The notes under the pieces: generated by a model | Databases searched by the model: none | Seen by the model: the letters and a program-made list of their open reading frames with translations, nothing else | What the model was told of the DNA's origin: nothing | Virus record (IMG/VR): IMGVR_UViG_3300020050_010026 | Span: 3,980 to 67,979 of that record | Direction: 5' to 3' (one strand) | Origin: a virus | DNA length: 64,000 nucleotides | Position numbers and translations under genes: made by a program | In this document: positions 31,066 to 40,664 of the stretch, one piece after another | Layout: each line of letters opens with the position of its first letter | Numbering within the stretch: position 1 is the first letter of the stretch

Positions 31066-32979
31066 TCATTCTAAACTTAAATATTCATCTGCTATAAAAT
31101 TTGACAATAGTTCTTGATGATTATAATGTAATAAATCTTGTCCTTCGCCTATTTTTATTACATTATTTTCTATAAAATTTGTTGTATTTAAAGAAATCAT
31201 TGGATTGATAAAAGGATCATTAATAGCCATAGGTTTTTTTTGTTCTTTTCTACTAAGTGGTCTATTTAAAGTTTTTTTTGAACTTGTTTGTGTTTTAGAT
31301 ATACTAGATATTCCAAAATCATTATGAGTTTTCCCAAAAGAACTATAAAAATGAAAATCATCTAAAAATTTTGGATCAATTGTATTAAATTGAGGTCGTT
31401 TTATTAAAATTTCCTCATCTAATTTAATATTATTTTCATTATTGTTTAATGATATTTTTTTATTAAAATTAAAATCTATTTTTTCAAAAATTTGAATTGA
31501 TTTTTCATCAAAAATAATATTACCATTTCTAGTTAATTCTTCAACTTTATGTTTTCTAAAACGAACATAATCAATTAAATAACTAAATATTTTACTCAAA
31601 GTATTTGATATATTAAATTCGTTTGAAATAAAAAACTTTATAAGATTTGTTAATGTTGATTTATCACCATAGGCTATATTTATTTTCTTAAAAAAACAAG
31701 GATCTTTTAATATATCATCTTGATGTTTTTGAGTAAATTTAATTAATATAGTATTTAATATTAAAAACATCAGTATTTTATAACTATCGAATGTTGGTGT
31801 ATGAATTCTAAATTCAATAGTTTGTTTATTTCCAAAAATTAATGGTATAAAATTATGTAAAAAATATCGAGTTTTAATATTCCATTTTTGATTACTATTT
31901 GTATCAAAAGGATGGCTTTCTACATTTCTTAGATCTTCACCATAATCTGCAAATTTTTTAGAATTAGATGTTAAAAATTTAAATAAAACATCAAAGTTTT
32001 TATTTATATTAGATTTATCTATTATCGGATCTAATTCATTAAATATTTCGAATATATTATATGGTTTACTATAATTTTTATTTTTAATACCCATATTATA
32101 TTTCTTATATAATGGAAATAATGAAAATATATCATCTTGTAACCATGAACTAGTTTTTAGAAAAGCTAATATAAATTCAGGAGTTCTTGGAATATTTCCA
32201 ATATGTAAATGTAAAGAACATGAATTATCATATATTGTTCTATATTCTAATTCTTCACAAATATCAATTACTGTTTGAACACCTTTTTTACCAGATAATG
32301 GAACTGTAACATATTCTAATCCTGAAATACTACCATCTCTTAATGGGATTAACCCTAATCTTTTAGTTACACGTTCTGGTACAAAACCTGCAATCGTTTC
32401 AAACTCTAATCCAAAAGTTAATGGTTCTATAAAATTACCAACACTTTCAACCTCATAATTTATTTTAGAATCATATAGATGATTGTACATATCTAAATGT
32501 TTATCAGTAATACCTTTTGAGTCATAGGGTAAACTTGTTTTATAATTAGATTGTGGTGGTAAAATTTTATTAAAATCGGTTGCTTTTAATAATGAAATAT
32601 GAAGATAATCACCTGTTATTAACCTTTCTCTATAATTTTTATTCTTTTTAAGAACTTCTTCATTAATAGCAAAAGTTTTAGTTCCATCCTCAAGTGTTAC
32701 TGGTATTTTATTTTCTTCATTTCTATTAAAATAACGTAAATTATTATTTTCAACTAATCCTAAGATTATTGCGTTTGAATACAATTGGTATTTTTTTTCA
32801 GAATAATTAAATATTACTTGACCGGTTTCATATCTATAAAATTTATCGTTAATTTTATAACAATCTCCTGAATTTTCAACATTAACATCACCTATTTTAT
32901 AATAACCATTTGTAAATTTTTTAGCTTTAGAAATAGGTAATTCTTCTCCATTTATTGTTGTTATATATTTTTTTGACAT
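31066..32979 (-). CDS. Amidoligase-like protein (glutamine-synthetase fold, COG2170/Amidoligase_2-like), putative
   Basis: FGLEFETIAGF (GS-like G-x-E-x-E metal site, compare GS 'GPEPEFF'). RDGSISGLEYVT. CSLHLHIGN (H-x-H metal ligands, compare GS 'MHCHMS'). The same motif set recurs in the 268-aa paralog at 34981-35787. Confidence 0.4.
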   Translation of the reverse strand: MSKKYITTINGEELPISKAKKFTNGYYKIGDVNVENSGDCYKINDKFYRYETGQVIFNYSEKKYQLYSNAIILGLVENNNLRYFNRNEENKIPVTLEDGTKTFAINEEVLKKNKNYRERLITGDYLHISLLKATDFNKILPPQSNYKTSLPYDSKGITDKHLDMYNHLYDSKINYEVESVGNFIEPLTFGLEFETIAGFVPERVTKRLGLIPLRDGSISGLEYVTVPLSGKKGVQTVIDICEELEYRTIYDNSCSLHLHIGNIPRTPEFILAFLKTSSWLQDDIFSLFPLYKKYNMGIKNKNYSKPYNIFEIFNELDPIIDKSNINKNFDVLFKFLTSNSKKFADYGEDLRNVESHPFDTNSNQKWNIKTRYFLHNFIPLIFGNKQTIEFRIHTPTFDSYKILMFLILNTILIKFTQKHQDDILKDPCFFKKINIAYGDKSTLTNLIKFFISNEFNISNTLSKIFSYLIDYVRFRKHKVEELTRNGNIIFDEKSIQIFEKIDFNFNKKISLNNNENNIKLDEEILIKRPQFNTIDPKFLDDFHFYSSFGKTHNDFGISSISKTQTSSKKTLNRPLSRKEQKKPMAINDPFINPMISLNTTNFIENNVIKIGEGQDLLHYNHQELLSNFIADEYLSLE

Positions 32980-32987
32980 TTTATATT

Positions 32988-34952
32988 TTAATTTATAAAT
33001 TCTTTCATATTTTGCATAGTATTGTCTATAAAGGAAATAACCTTTACTGCAAGATTATTTTCTGAATATTTTAAAACTTTATTTCGTATTTGTTGAAAAT
33101 CTTTTATAGGTTCTGTGAAATCTTCATCACAAATATCTCTAATAATTTGTTCAACTTCTTCTTCTTGAGCAATCATTTCTTCTAGTAATAATTCATCATT
33201 TTGTTCTAAAATTTCTAAATTATCATTTACTTTGAAAAGTACATTCTCAAAATCAGAGATTTTATTTTCCATTGATAATTTTATAGGTTCTTCTTCTATT
33301 TTGTAATAATCTTCTTTCATATTTGAAAAATAAAGACTAGTCTTTGTATCAATTAAATTACCATGTTTAATATTATATATTTTTTCAGCACCAAGTACAG
33401 TTGTTGTACCTGAATAACTAATTCCATTTTTTACAATATTTTGTTGATTAATGTCTTTTAATTTGAAATTAAGATTTATTACAGGATGTACTGCCACATG
33501 AGATAATTCAATATAATCTATAAAACTACCAGGTTTAATCATAGAAAATTTATGATAAAAATGAGTATAATCCATAGAAGTTCTTATTTGAACACCTTCT
33601 ACAAAATAAAAAAATGAAGGATTTATACATTCTGAAGATTGAAATGGAATTTTACCTTTAACATTAATATCTTCAGAAATAAATGATTCACCATCAAATA
33701 CTTTGTCAACAATATAATAAAATCTTTCAGTTGCATCTTTTATAGTAGTCCCTATATTATAGAAACCATATTGATTTATCCATACATAAATACCAGTTAA
33801 TAAATGACCATTTCTAAACCATCTTAATTTATTAAAATACGGTATTGATCTATAATCATTTATATGTTTTAAAGGTTTTTCCTCATATATATTTATAAAT
33901 CCATTATCTTTGTTTACTTCTTTCAAAGCGGGAAGATTTATTAAACTTCTTACTTCTTCTTCCTCTTTTTTCTTTTTTGTATTAGTGTGAGAAGTTTCAT
34001 TATGATTTTGATAGTCAAATTCTTCAGAAAAAGATTCATAAGTATTAAAATAATAATTGTTTTGTTTACTATAACTTAAATTTTGAGTAGCATTACTTCT
34101 TGATATATGAATTAATTCTGCATTTTTAAAATCACCATCTGTAATTTTATAAACTACATTAGATTCAATATCAATGATATTATTATCATTACCTCCAATT
34201 GTTCGTAATGATTCCTCTAATGAGGAATAATACATTGAATTTTTATTTTCAATATATACAAATAATGGTCTTTCAGTTGTTTCATGAGTACTTACAGCCC
34301 AATCTTTTGATTTACCTTTAAATAAATATAAAACATTTGGAGATGTTGTATCTGTAAAAGCTAATGCAGCTCCTCCAATATAATCATTTAAAACTTTAAA
34401 ATTTTTATGTTTATATATTATTTCTAATAATATTTCAGAATCTATTTTATCTCTATTTACAACAACTTCTGTATCTAACTTATCGTAAAAGGTATTTTTA
34501 GCTGTTTTTTCAATATCATATTTTTTAGCAAGTTCAATATGATTTTTTAAAGTTCCATTATGTGTTCCTATAAATATAAAATCACCATTATTATCACCAA
34601 ATCCAAAAGGATGAGCATTATATACATTTACAGAACCAACACTAGATTGTCTTGTATGACCGATCACTATAGGAAATCTTTTTGGTTTTATATCTTTATC
34701 TACAATAAAATCAGTATATAGTTTATTACTATCAATTCCAATTTGAATATCTCCGTCATAGGAAATACCACAAGAACTTTTACCTCTTTCTATATTATAT
34801 ATACCTAATTTATCAAATTTATCTTTATTAAAAGATTTTGGAGTTTTTCCAGCAAATCCAAACAATCCACAATTTAATGTATTATGTTTAGGTTTGAAGA
34901 TATATAATCCAATATAATGTATTATCAATAATATCAATATTATTTGTATCAT
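32988..34952 (-). CDS. Class-II glutamine amidotransferase (Ntn hydrolase) domain fused to an unknown about 400-aa C-terminal domain; about 27-aa hydrophobic leader precedes the nucleophile Cys
   Basis: …TLN-CGLFGF (nucleophile Cys after a leader, as in PurF propeptides). GHTRQSSVGSVNVYNAHPF (GH-x-R…N-x-HP). GTHNGTLKN (HNG-x-I-x-N block of AsnB/GFAT/PurF). Confidence 0.55.
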   Translation of the reverse strand: MIQIILILLIIHYIGLYIFKPKHNTLNCGLFGFAGKTPKSFNKDKFDKLGIYNIERGKSSCGISYDGDIQIGIDSNKLYTDFIVDKDIKPKRFPIVIGHTRQSSVGSVNVYNAHPFGFGDNNGDFIFIGTHNGTLKNHIELAKKYDIEKTAKNTFYDKLDTEVVVNRDKIDSEILLEIIYKHKNFKVLNDYIGGAALAFTDTTSPNVLYLFKGKSKDWAVSTHETTERPLFVYIENKNSMYYSSLEESLRTIGGNDNNIIDIESNVVYKITDGDFKNAELIHISRSNATQNLSYSKQNNYYFNTYESFSEEFDYQNHNETSHTNTKKKKEEEEVRSLINLPALKEVNKDNGFINIYEEKPLKHINDYRSIPYFNKLRWFRNGHLLTGIYVWINQYGFYNIGTTIKDATERFYYIVDKVFDGESFISEDINVKGKIPFQSSECINPSFFYFVEGVQIRTSMDYTHFYHKFSMIKPGSFIDYIELSHVAVHPVINLNFKLKDINQQNIVKNGISYSGTTTVLGAEKIYNIKHGNLIDTKTSLYFSNMKEDYYKIEEEPIKLSMENKISDFENVLFKVNDNLEILEQNDELLLEEMIAQEEEVEQIIRDICDEDFTEPIKDFQQIRNKVLKYSENNLAVKVISFIDNTMQNMKEFIN

Positions 34953-34980
34953 TTTTTATATTTTTTATAATTTATTAATA

Positions 34981-35787
34981 TTATGAAAATATCAATTTAA
35001 GTTGTTTTTCTTTTTCTATTTCTAGTAATAAAAATTCAGCTTCAATTCTATCATTTGAATCTATTACTTCTTGAACTTTTTTTGAAAATTTATCAATGAA
35101 TATAGAATCGTTATTATTTAATACCATTTCAACAGCATTAATTGTTTGATCAAAAACCCATTTTATTAATTCATCAGAATGAATCCAAAAATTAGATAAA
35201 GATCTACATTCTACTCCAAAACTTTTAATTCTGAAAGAACCTGCTTTACCATATAATTCTCTTCTTCTATTATCTGGATCTTTCAATAATGATGGAAGAG
35301 TTACAAAAATATCAAACATTTTAACAATTCTTTCGCTAATTTCAAAATCTGGATTTGGATAACCAATATGAACATGTCCTCCAACACATCTTAAATTTGT
35401 ATTTGAATTGGGTTTTGGATTTAAATCTTGTAAATATACATTAAAATCTGGTTCACAACCAAATGTTTTAGCTTGTTTTGTTTGTAAATATATTGGATTT
35501 ACATCATAAGAGGCTAAAACTGATAAAGCACAATTATTTGCTCCTGCTATTACTGATAAATGTTCTTTTACAAAATTTATATTTTCAATATATTCTTCAG
35601 ATGTTGAACATGCAGGTATGTTGAATTCAAATGCAATATTATCTGTTTGAATACAATGTCCTTTATCAGTAATTGGATGTGGTTCATTTTTAGTACCAGG
35701 TATCATTCCAACTGCAGATATTACTTCTCCATTTCTTTCTATAAATATTTCAGGGTCACTACCTAATTTTATATTATGTTTATTCAT
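34981..35787 (-). CDS. Amidoligase-like protein (small GS-fold paralog), putative
   Basis: GSDPEIFIE, GCEPDFNVY, GGHVHIGY, ECRS. Parallels the E-x-E / H-x-H / E-x-R pattern of GS-fold carboxylate-amine ligases and of ORF 31066-32979. Confidence 0.35.
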   Translation of the reverse strand: MNKHNIKLGSDPEIFIERNGEVISAVGMIPGTKNEPHPITDKGHCIQTDNIAFEFNIPACSTSEEYIENINFVKEHLSVIAGANNCALSVLASYDVNPIYLQTKQAKTFGCEPDFNVYLQDLNPKPNSNTNLRCVGGHVHIGYPNPDFEISERIVKMFDIFVTLPSLLKDPDNRRRELYGKAGSFRIKSFGVECRSLSNFWIHSDELIKWVFDQTINAVEMVLNNNDSIFIDKFSKKVQEVIDSNDRIEAEFLLLEIEKEKQLKLIFS

Positions 35788-35810
35788 GTTTTATCTATAT
35801 TGTAGTTTTT

Positions 35811-36632
35811 TTAAAAATTTTCATCATTTATTTCATCATAAATAGGTGGTAAATTTGTATTGTTTAAGTTATTATCGTTTAAAAATTTTTTTTCAATTAA
35901 ATAATAATCAATTAACCTTAAACATTCGTTTGAACCAATACTTCCAATACACCATTCAGGATGAGATTGAATACATAAACTATTTGTTATGTTATAATGT
36001 ATTATTTCTGGTTCTAAAAAATTTTTTGGTAATTCAATTTCATTATTCTCACCATTTAAGTAAGTATTACTTTGAAAATTTTTAGACCAACCAAGTAATT
36101 CATATTTAGATTTTTCTAAATTATAAGGAAACATCATTTGATGGTGATCTGAAGAAACTTGAATAGTTTTAGAACCTTCTATTGAATGTTTCTTCAATTC
36201 TATTATTTGTTCATTATTATTATGTCCAACCACATGTTGAATTAATTTACCACCATTATAAACAGTTAAAAATTGAGCACCTCTACATATTCCTAATTTT
36301 GGAATATTTCTTATAATAGAGTTAGGTATTTTACCATTAATTAATTTAAATTCTAACGCATCTCTTTGTGAATTTATATTAGTATATTTACCAACTGTTT
36401 CACCATAATATAAAGGGGAAACATCTTCTCCACCAGTAAAAACCATTAAATCAATTGATTTTACAATATCAACTGTTTTTTGATTAACATTAAGTATTAA
36501 TTCTTCAGGAATATTAATTATATTAATATTATAAGATTGTTTTAAAAAATTAACTATTGATTTGTCAACCATATTTGCACTAAAATATACATTTATGTTT
36601 TTTTTCATTTTAAATTGTTTTAGATTTTTCAA
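35811..36632 (-). CDS. Class-I glutamine amidotransferase, peptidase C26 / gamma-glutamyl hydrolase (PuuD-like)
   Basis: LMVFTGGEDV, nucleophile elbow LGICRGAQFL, HVVGH, catalytic QSHPE. Confidence 0.6.
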   Translation of the reverse strand: MKNLKQFKMKKNINVYFSANMVDKSIVNFLKQSYNINIINIPEELILNVNQKTVDIVKSIDLMVFTGGEDVSPLYYGETVGKYTNINSQRDALEFKLINGKIPNSIIRNIPKLGICRGAQFLTVYNGGKLIQHVVGHNNNEQIIELKKHSIEGSKTIQVSSDHHQMMFPYNLEKSKYELLGWSKNFQSNTYLNGENNEIELPKNFLEPEIIHYNITNSLCIQSHPEWCIGSIGSNECLRLIDYYLIEKKFLNDNNLNNTNLPPIYDEINDENF

Positions 36633-37527
36633 TTATTACTTTTCTAATTTCTTGAATATATTTTTTAGCACATACCGATAATTCATCTGTACCATTATCC
36701 ATTGAACTAGCAGAATTACATTCTAATAGAATATAATCTTGATAATCTCTGTATTCACCATCTTTATTAGTAGGTGTTTGAACTTTTACATCAAAAGATA
36801 ATATATCAGCTCCAATTGAATTTAATGCCGATACACAATCATCAATTATATCTTCCCATGAATTAGGTTTATTGAAATTTTCATTTTCTTCTAAAAACCA
36901 TACACATATATCGTCATGTCTTCTCCATTTTTGATCTTCTGGTACATCTGCTTTTAATGCTTTTCTACAAGCATAAAAACAACCTTGTTTTGTAACATGT
37001 AATCTAAATTCATAACCATAATTTATAAATTTTTCATAAATATAATTAGAAGGACTATGTGTTTTTAACCATTCATCTAATTCTTGAGCAGTTTTTATTA
37101 ATGTATTGCCTTTTCCTTTAGAACCATAATGCGCTTTTGCTACAATTGGAAACTTTTCAGAAGCCCAGCCTCTTAAAGATTCTAAATTAGAAAAAGTTGT
37201 CCAAATAGCTGTTTTTACATGAGCTTCTTCAAACTTTTGTTTCATTAATAATTTACTTGCTGAATTTTTAATACTTTGAATAGTATTTATTTCAATTCTT
37301 TTACCACCATTTGCGACTGTATCTTCAATTTCCGTTGTTGATCCAAATCTAACAACAGATTTAAAAGGTAATAAGTCTATATTTTTATATTTAGCTCTTA
37401 AACAATTATGACTAGGGTGTCTAGATAATATCATTGGTCTAAAAGTACTAATTTTTTTTGATTTTTTATTACCAATAACACCTCTACTGGTAAATAGATT
37501 AGATTGATTTTTTAAATTAGTTGTCAT
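36610..37527 (-). CDS. ATP-grasp ligase (RimK/glutathione-synthetase-like)
   Basis: FPIVAKAHYGSKGKGNTLI (P-x-V-x-K…GS-x-G-x-G). YIYEKFINYGYEFRLHV. C-terminal ILLECNSASS (E-x-N Mg site). Confidence 0.55.
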   Translation of the reverse strand: MTTNLKNQSNLFTSRGVIGNKKSKKISTFRPMILSRHPSHNCLRAKYKNIDLLPFKSVVRFGSTTEIEDTVANGGKRIEINTIQSIKNSASKLLMKQKFEEAHVKTAIWTTFSNLESLRGWASEKFPIVAKAHYGSKGKGNTLIKTAQELDEWLKTHSPSNYIYEKFINYGYEFRLHVTKQGCFYACRKALKADVPEDQKWRRHDDICVWFLEENENFNKPNSWEDIIDDCVSALNSIGADILSFDVKVQTPTNKDGEYRDYQDYILLECNSASSMDNGTDELSVCAKKYIQEIRKVIIEKSKTI

Positions 37528-38179
37528 ATTTTAATAATTTTCTTATAATTTTAGATGAGATTGGATCGTATATTTCTTCTGGATGATATTGTACTCCATA
37601 TATATTTTCTGAAAACTTAGCTATTTCAACATTTCCAAAATCTTTATCATTTGCAATAACTTCTATTTGAGATCCATTATTATTTATATCAAAATAACCT
37701 TGATGATGTAAAGAATTTACTTGGTATTTATTTTTTTTCAATAAATCTGTTGGGAAAACATTAAATGCAATATCTGTAAATTCTAAAGTATCTACTAACT
37801 CCATTCTATTTTTATTAGAATAATTGAAACCATAATTTTGAATAAGTTCTCCTCCAAATTTTACACATAATTGTTGAAATCCTAGACATATTCCAAATAT
37901 AGGTATTCCTGATTCAATATATTGATCAAGATTATTGTCATAAAAATATTGTTTCATTATGTCAGGATTGGATGTATAAAATCCAGGTACTTGATTCATT
38001 GATTGAGGTGCTATATCTAATCCACCTGGTAATATTAATAAATCAATAGATTTGTCAATTCCTTTTTGAGGTGATAATATTTGAACGATTCCAAAATTAC
38101 TTAACCATTCTATATAAGGTTTTGTAACACCAAAACTATTTTCACCTGTATTCCAACCTACTATTCCTATTTTTTTCAT
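37517..38179 (-). CDS. Class-I glutamine amidotransferase, peptidase C26 / gamma-glutamyl hydrolase (second copy)
   Basis: LLILPGGLD, GICLGFQQL, HHQG, QYHPE. Confidence 0.65.
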   Translation of the reverse strand: MKKIGIVGWNTGENSFGVTKPYIEWLSNFGIVQILSPQKGIDKSIDLLILPGGLDIAPQSMNQVPGFYTSNPDIMKQYFYDNNLDQYIESGIPIFGICLGFQQLCVKFGGELIQNYGFNYSNKNRMELVDTLEFTDIAFNVFPTDLLKKNKYQVNSLHHQGYFDINNNGSQIEVIANDKDFGNVEIAKFSENIYGVQYHPEEIYDPISSKIIRKLLKYDN

Positions 38180-38196
38180 TTTATTTATTTATTGTT

Positions 38197-38619
38197 TTAA
38201 TTTTTTAAATTTATTGTATAATTTATATAATCGTAATAATCATAATCGTCAATCATATTTTCATTTTTAATATGAGAATGTACATCCATATAAATATATG
38301 CTTTACCATAAGGAGTATCTATTAAAATCTTTTCACTTAAATTATTTTTATAATCTTCATAATAATATGTTTTTAATAGATTTATTTTTTCAAGTGTTTT
38401 TCTATCAATTTGATATACTTCAAATACAACAGATTTACTACCTTTTTTTATACCGACTTTACAAGCAATGTCTGGTAATTTTATTAATTGGTATTCCGGA
38501 TAAGATAAAAAATCTCCTAATTTTTTAGAAGTATCTAATAAGGAATGATTAGGTAAACCTTCTCGAAGTTCACAAAATACAGCAATTAAAATAGTTTTTT
38601 TTTCTGAAATTTTAATCAT
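38197..38619 (-). CDS. Gamma-glutamyl cyclotransferase-like (GGCT/AIG2 family) protein
   Basis: Architecture and motif spacing match the paralog at 47516-47911 (YGSLRKG…LGDF…Y…L…V…GEVYEVD…L…EGY…YG). Here the motifs read IAVFCELREG…LGDFLSYP…VFEVYQID…YGKAYIY. Confidence 0.4.
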   Translation of the reverse strand: MIKISEKKTILIAVFCELREGLPNHSLLDTSKKLGDFLSYPEYQLIKLPDIACKVGIKKGSKSVVFEVYQIDRKTLEKINLLKTYYYEDYKNNLSEKILIDTPYGKAYIYMDVHSHIKNENMIDDYDYYDYINYTINLKN

Positions 38620-38620
38620 T

Positions 38621-39634
38621 TTAAAAAAGTAATAATTGTGAAGTTATTAATTGTTTTGCTTCTATTAAGCCATATTTTTTAACAAAATCTGAAAAATCTT
38701 TACATTCATATTCATCTTTTATTATTATATTATAAACATCGAACGATTCTTTAAATTTTTGAGCAAAAATTTGACCCCAGTTATTTTCTTTATCAAAATC
38801 ATTATCGTAAAATATATAAATATCTTCAAATCTATTGATTAATTCTTGAAAAACTTGTTTTTTAGGTAATAAATTTTCACATTGTAAAGCAATTGATGGT
38901 ATTCCTGTTATTTCATGAATAGCCATTACATCTTTTAATGATTTAGTAATTATGAGAGTATCTCCTTTTTCAGGTAATTGTGACCAACCTTGCCATATAC
39001 TATTATTATGACTATTTATCCATTTATATATTTTATTAAAAGGTTGGTATATTTTATAAGTTTCTAAATCGTCTTTAAATTCTTTGAAACAATAAGCATG
39101 TTTATCAGCGGTAATTATTTTATCATTTATAAAAAAATAAGAAATTGGTTCAACGTTAAAAATTTCTAATGTTTTTAATGAAATTCCATATTGTTGCCAA
39201 TATAATAAATCATAAGATTTCCATTCTCTTTTTGTTTTTTTAATATTTAAAGTACCAGCTTTATGTAAAAATTCATCTCTATTGATAGGTATAATATCAT
39301 TTGTTTTAGATTTTTCAATTTTCTTAACAATAAAATCATCTTCCATTCCAAAATCTATTGCTATTTTTGATAATGCTTCAAAATAATTTAAATTAAATTT
39401 CATTTGAACAAATTTAATACAATCTCCACCACCTAATTTAAAATCTTTAAAACATATTTCATTATTTTCACCTTTAAAAAATCCAAAAGAAGCCGTATTT
39501 TCATTTCTAAGTGGTGATAACATTACTTTTCCTGGAATAATTTCTTCATTAATATATTTTTGATATATTTCAATATCTGTTATATATCTTAACAATTTAT
39601 TTTTTGTAACTAATTGTTTATTTAAATTAATCAT
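38621..39634 (-). CDS. DnaG-like primase (degenerate zinc-binding region + TOPRIM-like DxD), putative
   Basis: SPLRNENTASFGF…FKDFKLGGGDCIKFVQ resembles the DnaG CHC2 zinc-ribbon region with ligands substituted. IYIFYDNDFDKENNWG is a TOPRIM-like DxD; the conserved TOPRIM Glu is not obvious. Confidence 0.35.
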   Translation of the reverse strand: MINLNKQLVTKNKLLRYITDIEIYQKYINEEIIPGKVMLSPLRNENTASFGFFKGENNEICFKDFKLGGGDCIKFVQMKFNLNYFEALSKIAIDFGMEDDFIVKKIEKSKTNDIIPINRDEFLHKAGTLNIKKTKREWKSYDLLYWQQYGISLKTLEIFNVEPISYFFINDKIITADKHAYCFKEFKDDLETYKIYQPFNKIYKWINSHNNSIWQGWSQLPEKGDTLIITKSLKDVMAIHEITGIPSIALQCENLLPKKQVFQELINRFEDIYIFYDNDFDKENNWGQIFAQKFKESFDVYNIIIKDEYECKDFSDFVKKYGLIEAKQLITSQLLLF

Positions 39635-39636
39635 AC

Positions 39637-39819
39637 TTAATTTATTATATGTAATTTTCCATTAAAAATAAAACTTTCAATATCACAACTATTATAGATA
39701 AAATCAATTTCTTTACCTTTGGTTTTTTCTTCAATAATTTTAGCTTTAGAAACTAACATTTCAAAATAATCTTTCATACTTTTATTTTTTTTAACTGTTT
39801 CTTCTTTTATTATACTCAT
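39637..39819 (-). CDS. hypothetical protein (60 aa)
   Basis: Small ORF in a compact array. Confidence 0.3.
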   Translation of the reverse strand: MSIIKEETVKKNKSMKDYFEMLVSKAKIIEEKTKGKEIDFIYNSCDIESFIFNGKLHIIN

Positions 39820-39826
39820 TTTATTT

Positions 39827-40357
39827 TTAAATATTTATTACAGATAAATAAACTCTATTTTGTGTTCTTTTATTTATAACATTATGTATATCTTTCCAAC
39901 CATTTGTTTTTAATAATTTGCGTTGATTTATATTCTGTTCAATATCTGTACATAAAACAGCTGAATAACCCAATAATCTACCTAAATCTTGTCGTAATTG
40001 ATTTAAAATTGTACCAATTCTTTTATTTCTAAAATTTTCTTCAACTTTAACATTACACGATACCATAAAAGCACAACAATGTGGTAATTGATATAATTTA
40101 AAAGTTGATATTATATCATCATTAAATACAATTTTATAATTTCCTAAAGACCAGTCTGTTTGTATTATTAAAAAATCATCATAATTAAAAGTAATATTTT
40201 GTTCTTCACAATATAATCTTGCTTCTTCTTCAGATTTACTATGCTTTAATTCACCTATAATTTCATTATCTTTAATAAAATTAATTTCTTCTGGTTTACA
40301 ATTTAATATTCCAGATATTATTTTTCTATATTTATCTAATATTTGTAACGTTTTCAT
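39827..40357 (-). CDS. GNAT-fold acetyltransferase-like protein (paralog A)
   Basis: FRNKRIGTILNQL…GYSAVLCTDIEQNINQRKLLKTNGWKDIHN is a motif-A-like R-x-x-G-x-(G/A) block. Clear paralog of 58851-59303 (…LCTDVSDNIAEVKTLDKNGWKHIYN…). Confidence 0.4.
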   Translation of the reverse strand: MKTLQILDKYRKIISGILNCKPEEINFIKDNEIIGELKHSKSEEEARLYCEEQNITFNYDDFLIIQTDWSLGNYKIVFNDDIISTFKLYQLPHCCAFMVSCNVKVEENFRNKRIGTILNQLRQDLGRLLGYSAVLCTDIEQNINQRKLLKTNGWKDIHNVINKRTQNRVYLSVINI

Positions 40358-40388
40358 TTCATTTTGTTTAATTTTTAGTTAATATTAG

Positions 40389-40491
40389 AAGTTAAGACAG
40401 GATTCGAACCTGTAAGATATTGACCGTATCAAGCTCTTAATATAGTTTATCATTCTATAGAACTTTGTGTTTACCATTCCACCACTTAACT
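40389..40491 (-). tRNA. tRNA-like gene, atypical (103 nt): perfect 7-bp acceptor and canonical T-arm, long extra hairpin, non-canonical anticodon region
   Basis: Minus-strand read AGTTAAG…CAGG-TTCGAAT-CCTG-T-CTTAACT. Acceptor 7/7 bp, T-loop TTCGAAT, 3-bp D-stem GTG/CAC with a GG-containing D-loop. A 5-bp stem TATAG/CTATA has a 9-nt loop. A about 25-nt extra arm forms a 9-bp hairpin (type-II-like). No encoded CCA. Confidence 0.4.
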
Positions 40492-40664
40492 ATAAAACCA
40501 GTTTATACAGAGAGCTGGTATCTGAACATTTTTTAAGATACTATCTTATAGTAATGTTAACTACTAATGTTGAGAACATTTGTGTTGTAAAGGTATGCTT
40601 AAAATACTATTTATAAGTCAATCTTTCTACAATTCCTTTCTCAAGGGAACAACACATTTATTTA

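Noticed and set aside
38621-39634. Confident primase call
   Set aside because: The zinc-ribbon ligands are substituted and the TOPRIM glutamate is not evident, so it is reported only as a low-confidence DnaG-like protein.
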